A stretch of DNA of 64,000 nucleotides, taken from an archaeon (GTDB lineage Archaea; Iainarchaeota; Iainarchaeia; Iainarchaeales; JAAZKV01). The DNA is taken from contig JBAZFU010000001.1 of assembly GCA_041653195.1 (NCBI GenBank), positions 70,545 to 134,544 of the forward strand, written 5' to 3'. A program made the position numbers and the translations under genes. Shown here piece after piece: positions 38,471 through 46,507 of the stretch (position 1 is its first letter; the number at the start of each line of letters is the position of its first letter). The notes below the pieces were generated by a model. The model had not been told where the DNA came from. It worked only from the letters and a program-made list of their open reading frames with translations, and made no database searches.

Positions 38471-38502
38471 GGAATTGAACCCTACCACTAGACTACGGCT
38501 GC
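38471..38502 (-). pseudogene. internally deleted tRNA-like fragment (acceptor 5' strand GCAGCCG + D-arm fused to T-arm-like GGGTTCAATTCC)
   Basis: Minus: GCAGCCGTAGTCTAGTGGTAGGGTTCAATTCC; 5' strand complementary to the acceptor 3' strand of fragment 35268-35301; T-arm identical to the tRNA-Gly(CCC) T-arm. Confidence 0.4.
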
Positions 38503-38514
38503 AAAATAAATTCC

Positions 38515-39225
38515 TTAAATTTTTTCCCAATAATATATCGAAACCCACAAGCAATACGGGGAAGGGGTAAACGCCCTCTCCGGCGGCTTAATCTCCCTAA
38601 AGCCATCCGGCACTTTTAGTGAGGGATTGCGTTCCTGCGTATTGAACAAAAATCTTCCGCCCTTTTTTAAAACTTTTGAAATTCCAGAAATCGCTTTCTT
38701 TTGGTCATAGGCATGCTCAACTCCAAGAGTGGAACAAACAAAATCAAGGGACTCCGGAGCAAAATACTTTGATATTTTTGACGCTTCCATAACCCGCCAC
38801 CTAATTTTGCCGCTGTTCTTCCAAGTTTTCCAAACTGGACTTCTTTTCAAGCCGGTAACTGAAAGATTTATTTTTCCGCCAATTTTTTCATACAAATCGT
38901 TTGCCAAACGCCCTGTTCCGCCACCAACCTCCAACACATTCAACCCGCCCCCGTTTTTTGCTGAAACTTTTTTTATTTCATGAAAAAGATCCACTCCAAA
39001 AAACATTTGCGAATCCCTTAAGGAAAGATTAAACGAACCGTTCCACCCCAACGTACTGTCCAATTGCCTTGCTTCCCTATGGCAGATTGCGAGCCTTTTC
39101 CTGACTTTCCAATCCTCAGTAATTGCGCCATATAACCCTTTGCCTGGAAATCTTCGCTTGGAATTCTCTTCGGCAACACGCGTCAATCTTGCCCTTTCAA
39201 TAGGGCTAATTTTTTTAACCACCAT
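38515..39225 (-). CDS. class I SAM-dependent methyltransferase
   Basis: 236 aa; motif I LNVLEVGGGTGRLANDL. Confidence 0.7.
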   Translation of the reverse strand: MVVKKISPIERARLTRVAEENSKRRFPGKGLYGAITEDWKVRKRLAICHREARQLDSTLGWNGSFNLSLRDSQMFFGVDLFHEIKKVSAKNGGGLNVLEVGGGTGRLANDLYEKIGGKINLSVTGLKRSPVWKTWKNSGKIRWRVMEASKISKYFAPESLDFVCSTLGVEHAYDQKKAISGISKVLKKGGRFLFNTQERNPSLKVPDGFREIKPPERAFTPSPYCLWVSIYYWEKI

Positions 39226-39238
39226 AAAACCACCAAAG

Positions 39239-39310
39239 CGGGCCCGGAGGGAATCGAACCCCCATCTCGAGATCCGAAGTCTCGCCGGTTATCCATTGCC
39301 ACACGGGCCC
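39239..39310 (-). tRNA. tRNA-Arg (anticodon UCG)
   Basis: Manual fold: acceptor GGGCCCG/CGGGCCC; anticodon stem CGAGA/TCTCG, loop CTTCGGA; T-arm GGGGG-TTCGATT-CCCTC; 72 nt; D-stem weak. Confidence 0.7.
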
Positions 39311-39460
39311 TTGAAATAATTATTTAACGCAATCATTTAATAATTCTGGCAAAAGACAGGTTTCAGATGCCGACTGGCCGAACAGCCGGCGAGAAGGCTT
39401 ATTAAAGCTTTCTTCCAAGAAAATCATTAAAGTTTTTTGAAAACTTTATTGGTGAGCAAA

Positions 39461-39616
39461 ATGAAAAAATGCGGAACATGCAGCAAAACTGTAACAAGCG
39501 AATACATAGAATTCAAATGCCCAAGTTGCGGCAAAAGCAACGTCATAAGGTGCGGGCACTGCAAAGAAACGGCAAAAACATACACCTGCGGCGAATGCGG
39601 ATTCACAGGCCCTTAA
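39461..39616 (+). CDS. Zn-ribbon protein (4 CxxC pairs), typical neighbour of aEF-1beta
   Basis: Not in ORF track (51 aa): MKKCGTCSKTVTSEYIEFKCPSCGKSNVIRCGHCKETAKTYTCGECGFTGP. Confidence 0.55.
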   Translation: MKKCGTCSKTVTSEYIEFKCPSCGKSNVIRCGHCKETAKTYTCGECGFTGP

Positions 39617-39647
39617 ACAAAAACTTGCTTTTTAGCGGTGAATAAAA

Positions 39648-39905
39648 ATGGGAAACGCATTAGTCATATTCAAAATATTTACCGATCCTGAAAACATGGA
39701 CTCTGTTGAGCAGGAACTCAGAAAAATTACTGCGGGCGCATTCAAAGACTTGAAAAGAGAACCTGTAGGATTCGGAATCGAAGTAATAAGGGTAGGGTAC
39801 ATGGTCCCGGATAAAGTGGACGGAGTAATGGAAAAACTTGAAACTGCTGTTAGGGCCGTCAAGGGAATAAACGAAGTTGAAGTGGACGGCGTAACCCTTC
39901 TATAA
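39648..39905 (+). CDS. ef1b: translation elongation factor aEF-1 beta
   Basis: 85 aa; archaeal EF-1beta length and pattern (…EPVGFGIEVIRVGYMVPDKVDGV…INEVEVDGVTLL). Confidence 0.8.
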   Translation: MGNALVIFKIFTDPENMDSVEQELRKITAGAFKDLKREPVGFGIEVIRVGYMVPDKVDGVMEKLETAVRAVKGINEVEVDGVTLL

Positions 39906-39982
39906 ACCAATCACTATAAGTGCTTCGAGCGGCACAACCCTGAGATAGCTTTTTTATTGCTTTTTAACCCCAATTCTTCCGA

Positions 39983-42022
39983 ATGATAAAATCAATAACA
40001 CTTGAAAACTGGCGCACGCACAAAAAAAGCGAATTCGAATTCGAAAAAGGAACCAATGTTATAGTCGGAATAATGGGCTCTGGAAAGAGCTCGGTTATAA
40101 ACGCGATGAGTTACGCGCTTTTCGGAACTTTTCCGGCATTGCAAAGCAAACAGGTGAGCCTCGGCGAAATAATAATGGCGCGACCGAACAAATGCGAAAC
40201 CGCAAAAATAAGCCTCTGTTTCGAATATGGGGGAAAAGAATACAAAATAGAACGAGAAATTTCCGAAACGAAAACGAATTACGCGAAACTGTTTGAAGGC
40301 GGAAAACTAATTGCGGGCCCGAAACAAAAAGATGCTAACGAAGGAATCGAAAAAATACTCGGAATAGATTATGAATTGTTTAGCAGAGCGATTTATGCCG
40401 AACAAAACGAAATCGACTTTTTCCTCAAATTGAGCCCGCGGGACAGAAAACAAAAATTCGACGACCTGCTCGGAATAGAAAAATACGAGACTGCGAGAAA
40501 AAACGCGGTTTCTTTGCAAAACCAGCTCTCAAAATCCGGAAAAGAAATGAACGAATTCCTAAAAGAACAGAAAAAAACGGTTTCGCCAAAAGAAGAGGCG
40601 GAACTCGTAAAAAAAATCGCTGAGGAGAAAAAAGCGGCGGAGGAATTTGAAAAAAAAATGGCTGAAACGAAAAAAGAAGCGGCAGAAATTGAAAAAAAAG
40701 TTGCGGAGGAAGAAGAAAAAGAAAAAGAACACAAACTATATTCAGACCTCCTGATAAAAACGAACTCGAAACTAGAAACGCTCAAAGAACAAATAGAGAA
40801 AAGCAAAATCATTTCTCTGAAAGAAATCGAGAGAAAATCAGAGAACGCGGGAAAGGAACTTAAGGAAAAAGAAAGCAAATTGAAAAGATGCGAAAAAGAA
40901 ATAGAAAAAACAGAAAAAGAATACAAAAAATGCGCGGAAGAAACGAAAGTACTTGAATACAAAAAAGAAAAACTCGAAAAAGAATTAAAAGAAATAGGAA
41001 CACTCGAAGGAAAATGCCCCACATGCAAAAGAGAGTTAACGCAGGAGTGCAAAAAAGGCCTCGAAAAAGAAATAAAAGAAAAATTAACCGAAACTGTTGC
41101 GGAAGAAAGAAAAATTGAAAAACTGGCGGAAGAAGCGAATGCGAAACTCGAAAAAGAAAAAAAATTGAGGAGGGCTTGCGAGGATGAAATAAAAAAAATG
41201 CAAAGGGAATGCTACGAACTTGAGGCAAAGCAAAAAAATGCGAAAGAAGCCGAAGAAAAAATAAAACAATTCGAGGCGCTCAAAAAAGAGCCTGAAAACT
41301 TGGAAAAGGAAATAAAAAAAATCGGATTTGAAAAACAAAAATTGGAAAAACTTCGGAAAGAATTGTTTGAAAAAAAATCAGACGCGAATGTTATTGGGGA
41401 AAAAATATCATCAAAAAAAGAGTTAACGGCGAATTACAAGAGTGAATTAAAAAAAATAGCCGAAACGAAAAAACTATTCGAGGAAACCGAAAAACGAATA
41501 CAAAAAACAGAGAAAGCCGCGGAAACACTTGGAGTGTTCGGCAACTGCCTCATCGCGACACAGAACGAATTGAGGGAATCGCTAATAGAAACAATAAACG
41601 ACGCGACCTCAAGCATCTGGCAAAAAATATACCCTTACGAGGATTACGTCGATGCAAAACTTTCTGTTGAGGAAAACGGCTACGAGTTAAGAGTGCTTAC
41701 GCGGAACGGCGAATGGGTGAGAGTAGAAGGAATACTTTCTGGCGGAGAAAGAAGCGCTGCCGCAATATGCATAAGGATAGCGTTCGCGCTCGTACTCACA
41801 AAAAAACTTTCAATGCTGATACTGGATGAGCCGACCCACAACCTCGACACTAACGCGGTTGAAAAACTCGGGAAAATGCTTCGCGACGATTTGCCGAAAA
41901 TAATCGAACAAATATTTGTGATAACTCACGACAAACAGCTGGAGAACGCGGCATCCGGAAAAATTTATCTGCTCAAAAGAAATAAAGCGGCTGACGAAGC
42001 GACGAGAATAGAAAAAATTTGA
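39983..42022 (+). CDS. rad50: Rad50 DNA double-strand-break repair ATPase
   Basis: 679 aa; N-terminal Walker A GIMGSGKSS; long K/E-rich coiled coil with zinc-hook CPTC; C-terminal signature LSGGERSAAAI and D-loop LILDEPTHNLD. Confidence 0.85.
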   Translation: MIKSITLENWRTHKKSEFEFEKGTNVIVGIMGSGKSSVINAMSYALFGTFPALQSKQVSLGEIIMARPNKCETAKISLCFEYGGKEYKIEREISETKTNYAKLFEGGKLIAGPKQKDANEGIEKILGIDYELFSRAIYAEQNEIDFFLKLSPRDRKQKFDDLLGIEKYETARKNAVSLQNQLSKSGKEMNEFLKEQKKTVSPKEEAELVKKIAEEKKAAEEFEKKMAETKKEAAEIEKKVAEEEEKEKEHKLYSDLLIKTNSKLETLKEQIEKSKIISLKEIERKSENAGKELKEKESKLKRCEKEIEKTEKEYKKCAEETKVLEYKKEKLEKELKEIGTLEGKCPTCKRELTQECKKGLEKEIKEKLTETVAEERKIEKLAEEANAKLEKEKKLRRACEDEIKKMQRECYELEAKQKNAKEAEEKIKQFEALKKEPENLEKEIKKIGFEKQKLEKLRKELFEKKSDANVIGEKISSKKELTANYKSELKKIAETKKLFEETEKRIQKTEKAAETLGVFGNCLIATQNELRESLIETINDATSSIWQKIYPYEDYVDAKLSVEENGYELRVLTRNGEWVRVEGILSGGERSAAAICIRIAFALVLTKKLSMLILDEPTHNLDTNAVEKLGKMLRDDLPKIIEQIFVITHDKQLENAASGKIYLLKRNKAADEATRIEKI

Positions 42023-42057
42023 ACCAAAAAAACAACTAAAAAATAAGAACAATTGCT

Positions 42058-42252
42058 TTACTGTTTTTCTTTTTTAGCAACGAGCCTGGTAATATAACCT
42101 GCAACAATGTTTCTGCTCGATTTTGAAAGCCCGAGTTCCATTGTGTCCAAAAACTTTTTGTTCTTCTCGTGGCTAGCCCCGAGAGAATCTGGAAATTCTT
42201 TCAACAAAACCTCTGACCTATATTTTAAAGATTTCAAAACAGATTTACCCAT
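42058..42252 (-). CDS. rps17e: ribosomal protein eS17
   Basis: 64 aa; C-terminal RNIVAGYITRLVAKK resembles the eS17 NKIAGYVTHLMKR signature. Confidence 0.55.
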   Translation of the reverse strand: MGKSVLKSLKYRSEVLLKEFPDSLGASHEKNKKFLDTMELGLSKSSRNIVAGYITRLVAKKEKQ

Positions 42253-42269
42253 TAAAAACCACCAAAAAA

Positions 42270-42527
42270 TTATTCCAAATCAATTACTTTCATTTTCCCA
42301 TTAGGGTATTTTCTTAAAACACTTAATGGCAAAACGTGGTCCGAATATTCTTTTTCAGAAACCTCAAGCATTGTCATTTCCTTTGTGCCCTTAACAAGCG
42401 GCGGCGCACCCAGAGAAAGCTGAAGGCTCCTTGCGGAGAGAACTCTAGTAACCTCAAAACGCGTTAGTCTGACCAATAGCTCACCAATAAGCAATAGGTT
42501 CAAAGGAAGCTTTAAAAACGTAATCAA
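42270..42527 (-). CDS. hypothetical small protein
   Basis: 85-aa ORF; no motif. Confidence 0.3.
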   Translation of the reverse strand: MITFLKLPLNLLLIGELLVRLTRFEVTRVLSARSLQLSLGAPPLVKGTKEMTMLEVSEKEYSDHVLPLSVLRKYPNGKMKVIDLE

Positions 42528-42552
42528 AAAACGAAAAAAAGGAAAAAACGAA

Positions 42553-44055
42553 TCAAGCCCAAATGGATTGCCTGCCGGAAAGCCTTTTACCCGAAGAAAA
42601 GTCCTTAACGACCGGCTGGGGAAGGGAAAGCTCCTCCGAAAAGCCCTTTACAAGCGAAAGCGAAGAAAAACCCTTAACGAAAGCCCCCTTCTGGTCAGCA
42701 TACAAAACCCTATAGCCCCTCTTTTCGGAAAACTCGCGGAATTTGCTCACAGTGGATTCCTGTATGGCAGAAATGGATGCGGCCGTTTCGTGGGAAAAAA
42801 ACTTCGAATTGAGGTTCATCAACTGAAAAGGCACTTCCGCCAAAATACTTTCAATAACACCCATTTGGGAAAGAGAAAACCAATAAACCGAATCACCCTT
42901 AACAAACAAAGAATCCGAGCCCTTACTAATATTCCTGCCAAGCAAAGAAATTTCTGAAAGTACCGAAGAAAGTTCCTTGGAAAAAGAACTTTCATTTTTT
43001 TTGCAGAACCAGCTAAGAGAATGATTTTTCCCGAGAGAAACCTTTTCGTCCGAAAGAAGGCGTTTCGCGTCGCTCACAGGAACCAATTCTTTCTGACCCT
43101 TAAAGAAAGGCCCGATTGGAGGCGCTTTCAAAAAAAATTCTTTCTTCTTTTGCTCCCTCGTGAGTTTCAAAGGTTTTGATTCGTGAAAACTGGCGGAAAA
43201 ACTTTTAGAGGAACTCTCGAAAAAAAAGCCGTCCTCAAGGAAAGAAACTTCAATCAGGGAATCTGGGTAAAGGTTCGAGTCGTCAATCGTAACCGGCTGG
43301 CAACAATCACAATTCTTTGTTTCCACGCCGATGTTAAAAAAATTTTTTGTGAACAAACGGGCCCAAACGGGAGAAAAATCTATTTCGGAAACATCGCCGT
43401 AATAACCAAGCGGCGCGAATTCACGCGCAACAAAAAATTCCCCCCTTTCTCTGAAAGAAAACTGCTGGCCGGTTTTGAAATAAAAATTCTCCAAAAAACT
43501 TTCCGCAATATCCTTGGGCGAGGAAGGAATATTCTCCATTTTTATCGAGAGGGCTCTTGAAATTGCCGCTCTTTTTAACAGCGCGAGAGTTTCACTCTCA
43601 CTAAGCCTCATCGCTTCGGAAAAAGGAACTTCCTTCGTAAGAAAAAAACCTATATCGGGAAAAAAGTTTTCAATCTTTTCTGGAATTTCACCGCTCAAAT
43701 CAAACTCGTCAAAAAATTTCCAGCCTTTGCTAAGCAAAAACTGCCTTTCAGGTTCAAGCAAAAGAGGTTTCTGCCCGAAAGAAACTGCGAGCGCTGTTGA
43801 AATTCTTTTTAACTCTGAAAAATCCGAGGACTCAATTTTTTTTAAATCACTTTTTGAAGAAATGCGAAATTTTTTTATGCCAAGGGAGAGCAGCAACTCT
43901 TCGATTTGGTTTTCCGAAAGCGCAGAAGAAAAACTAATGAAAGGAAAAAAGGCGAAGCGCTCAACCTCTTTCCCGCTTTCGCTGGAAAACTCTGCGAAAA
44001 TTTGCTGCTTGTCTCCGCTGTACGCTACATCTGTTAAGTAAGCGTGTGTTGGCAT
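42553..44055 (-). CDS. hypothetical 500-aa protein (Ser/Phe-rich) in the position usually taken by Mre11
   Basis: Long ORF with consistent codon usage; no phosphoesterase motifs (no GDxHD/GNHE); CDCC motif. Confidence 0.5.
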   Translation of the reverse strand: MPTHAYLTDVAYSGDKQQIFAEFSSESGKEVERFAFFPFISFSSALSENQIEELLLSLGIKKFRISSKSDLKKIESSDFSELKRISTALAVSFGQKPLLLEPERQFLLSKGWKFFDEFDLSGEIPEKIENFFPDIGFFLTKEVPFSEAMRLSESETLALLKRAAISRALSIKMENIPSSPKDIAESFLENFYFKTGQQFSFRERGEFFVAREFAPLGYYGDVSEIDFSPVWARLFTKNFFNIGVETKNCDCCQPVTIDDSNLYPDSLIEVSFLEDGFFFESSSKSFSASFHESKPLKLTREQKKKEFFLKAPPIGPFFKGQKELVPVSDAKRLLSDEKVSLGKNHSLSWFCKKNESSFSKELSSVLSEISLLGRNISKGSDSLFVKGDSVYWFSLSQMGVIESILAEVPFQLMNLNSKFFSHETAASISAIQESTVSKFREFSEKRGYRVLYADQKGAFVKGFSSLSLVKGFSEELSLPQPVVKDFSSGKRLSGRQSIWA

Positions 44056-44110
44056 GAAAACTGCTGTATTTTCTTTTGTTTAAAAGCGCTTTGAGGGTTC
44101 CATGCCGGTC

Positions 44111-44176
44111 AGCCTTCGGCCTTTTAAAAAAGGCCGGCGAAAAGGCTTCGCACCCCTAAAAGACTGGCGAAAAATT
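44111..44176 (+). repeat. free-standing copy of the hairpin + GGCGAAAAGGCTTCGCA module (intron-like repeat family)
   Basis: CGGCCTTTTAAAAAAGGCCGGCGAAAAGGCTTCGCACCCCTAAAAGACTGGCGAAAAA; near-identical to the first half of the tRNA-Gly(GCC) intron. Confidence 0.6.
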
Positions 44177-45778
44177 TTACAGAAACGAATCCGTTTCTGT
44201 TTCTGAGGCTTCTTCCGCGGCGGAAAACATTCTCGCCGCTTCCTCCAAAGAAAACTCGTGCTTGCTCGGCTGGGACTTGCGCATTCGAACTCTGAAAAAA
44301 GTCGGAGCATTAACCGCTTCGCCAAGGAGAAGCGCTTCGCCGACGCGGAGCGAAGAAACCAAATCCATGCTCGACTGGTCAAGGGCTTCGCTGCTCTCCG
44401 CAATATGCTTCAAATCATAAGGGTTCGTAATTCGGAGAATAACATTAGTGTTGCAGTTTGCAAGCGTAGTTGTGTCAAGGTGCTTTGGCCGCTGGGAAAT
44501 AATTACAAGCGACGCACCGAACTTTCTGCCCTCACGCGCAATGGTTCGCATAATTCCCTTTGCAATCGCATACTCTTCAGCCGTTTTTTCCGGAATAAAA
44601 TTATGCGCCTCTTCCAGGAAAAGCGCGAAAGGAGGAATCCCCCTTTTCAAGCGGCGATCCCTGAACAATTTATTCGCGAAATAAGCGACAATAATTTGTT
44701 TTTTGCGCTGAGAAATTATCCTACTCAAATCAATAACTGTGAGTTGGCCCTGCTTAACCAAATCCTGAATACTCGGATTATCGATTTTTGAAAACAAGTC
44801 AAGGTCCTCTAATTCGCCGACAGTAGCGAGAATAGTGGAAGCGGTTTTCTCATTCAAATCCGACTGCATTATTTCACTCTTAATCGCATTCAAATCGAAA
44901 GGACCAACACCGCTCTTCATTTCCGAAGAAAGCTTCGAAATTATTGAAGATAGTTCGCGCCTCTGAGGAGAAGAAAGCTTCGGAAGAATCATTGAAAGAA
45001 AACCAGAATCAAGTTTTGAAGCAGCAATTTTAACTTTAGATGCGTCAACTACACGCGTCTTGGAAGAAAAATCAACGTATTTTCCGGAATCTTTTTGCTG
45101 AACAGGTTCGCCGAAACAAGTGTACTCTCCGTGAATATCAAAAACGACGATTGCGATTTGGCCTTGTTCCTTTGTGCGCGACAAAATTTCTTCAATAAGA
45201 GAAGCGGCAAAAACTGATTTTCCCGCACCGCTCAAAGCGAGAACCGCCAAGTGCTTTTGAAGAAGACGGGAAAGATTCGGTGCAACATCAACATTGTGAA
45301 ACTGCATGCGCCCGAGCTTCAAACCATTATCGTCAAAACCTAAAAAATCTTTCAAGCGCGAATCTTCCGCAGCATAAACTTTTGTTCCTGGTGAGGGGGG
45401 GAAAGATGTGCGTTCAACAACAACTTTTCCTTCTGAATTTTTTTTGAAAACCCCGAGCGGACGCGCCTTTCCGAGCAAAAACTCCCACTCCGCAGTCGGA
45501 AACTTTCTTTCAAGCTCGTCGCCAATTTCCTTCACCGAATCTGGACGCTCAAAATACTTGTTCGTTTTCACAACATCATTAACGCGGCAAATCATTACTC
45601 CTTCCGAATAATCCAATTCCACAAACATTCCCTTGTGAACCTTTCCGTTATTCACAACAAAATCCATTATTGTGGGTGAGGGCCCTTCGAAAGTCGACAC
45701 AACCGTTCCTAAAACTTCTCTCTCGCCCCCAAAACTTTTCTCGACTTCCTTTGCACTTTCTTTTCCTTTAACAGCCAT
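44177..45778 (-). CDS. herA: HerA-like bipolar DNA helicase/ATPase
   Basis: 533 aa; Walker A LALSGAGKS; HerA-type HAS-barrel + FtsK-like ATPase pattern; beside a NurA-like gene. Confidence 0.75.
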   Translation of the reverse strand: MAVKGKESAKEVEKSFGGEREVLGTVVSTFEGPSPTIMDFVVNNGKVHKGMFVELDYSEGVMICRVNDVVKTNKYFERPDSVKEIGDELERKFPTAEWEFLLGKARPLGVFKKNSEGKVVVERTSFPPSPGTKVYAAEDSRLKDFLGFDDNGLKLGRMQFHNVDVAPNLSRLLQKHLAVLALSGAGKSVFAASLIEEILSRTKEQGQIAIVVFDIHGEYTCFGEPVQQKDSGKYVDFSSKTRVVDASKVKIAASKLDSGFLSMILPKLSSPQRRELSSIISKLSSEMKSGVGPFDLNAIKSEIMQSDLNEKTASTILATVGELEDLDLFSKIDNPSIQDLVKQGQLTVIDLSRIISQRKKQIIVAYFANKLFRDRRLKRGIPPFALFLEEAHNFIPEKTAEEYAIAKGIMRTIAREGRKFGASLVIISQRPKHLDTTTLANCNTNVILRITNPYDLKHIAESSEALDQSSMDLVSSLRVGEALLLGEAVNAPTFFRVRMRKSQPSKHEFSLEEAARMFSAAEEASETETDSFL

Positions 45779-45791
45779 AAAAATCCCCCTC

Positions 45792-46505
45792 TTATTTTTT
45801 GTTAAGCTCGCCTAAAATTTTGAAAATTTCGTCAAGCGAACCAATAACATAATCAGGTTTAACTCCGAAATGCTCGTTACGCACTCTTGAAAGCGAACGA
45901 ACAATTCTACAAGTGCGCATGCCGACGCTATTCGCTCCGAAAATGTCTGAACGAAGGCTGTCACCGACCATCAGGCACTCTTCAGGTTTTAGTTTCAAGC
46001 CATTTAGAACTGCGTTAAATGCGGCCTTATCAGGTTTAACTGCGCCGATTTCAAAACTATAAAAAATTGAATCAAAATACTTTCGGAAATTCAGTTTTTT
46101 TTCAACTTCCTTGGCTTTGAAACTTTCTGTATTTGAAAGAAGAACAACTTTGTAACCCTCGCTTCTCAACTTCAGCAAAGTTTTCTCTGCCTCTGGATAA
46201 AAATAAACTTTGTCAAAACGATTTGCCCAAACCTCGTAAAACGCTGATTCAAGAAACTCTTCGTCCATACCGGGAAAGGCTTTCAAAAAGCCCGCACGCA
46301 GAGTCTCAAGAGAATCAAATTTCCCAAGCTGTGCAGAGCGCTCGTAACGCTCAACAAATTCCTCAACAGGAAGACCATTCTTTTCTGTAAGCGACTTCAA
46401 ATGAACGAAATCAATTGTGGTGGGAACAATAGTTTCCCACAAATCAAAAATAACCGCCTTAATCATTTTTTCACCATCAAACAAATCTCCCAAAACAATT
46501 TTCAA
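45792..46505 (-). CDS. HAD-superfamily hydrolase
   Basis: 237 aa; motif I VIFDLWET; motif II LLSNTES; motif IV VGDSLRSDIFGANSVG. Confidence 0.65.
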   Translation of the reverse strand: MKIVLGDLFDGEKMIKAVIFDLWETIVPTTIDFVHLKSLTEKNGLPVEEFVERYERSAQLGKFDSLETLRAGFLKAFPGMDEEFLESAFYEVWANRFDKVYFYPEAEKTLLKLRSEGYKVVLLSNTESFKAKEVEKKLNFRKYFDSIFYSFEIGAVKPDKAAFNAVLNGLKLKPEECLMVGDSLRSDIFGANSVGMRTCRIVRSLSRVRNEHFGVKPDYVIGSLDEIFKILGELNKK

Positions 46506-46507
46506 AC

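Noticed and set aside
35268-38502. Nanoarchaeum-style trans-spliced split tRNA halves
   Set aside because: No GC-rich complementary leader/trailer pair typical of N. equitans split tRNAs follows the 5' fragment or precedes the 3' fragment. The 5' fragment is also internally rearranged (D-arm fused to a T-arm-like segment). This is kept as an alternative, not the preferred explanation.
40307-41616. Several long minus-strand ORFs (40393..41052, 40860..41228, 41084..41338, 41434..41616) antisense to rad50
   Set aside because: They lie opposite the K/E-rich coiled-coil region. The translations are low-complexity Phe/Ser/Leu-rich strings typical of antisense reading of AAA/GAA-rich sequence, with no start-site or motif support.
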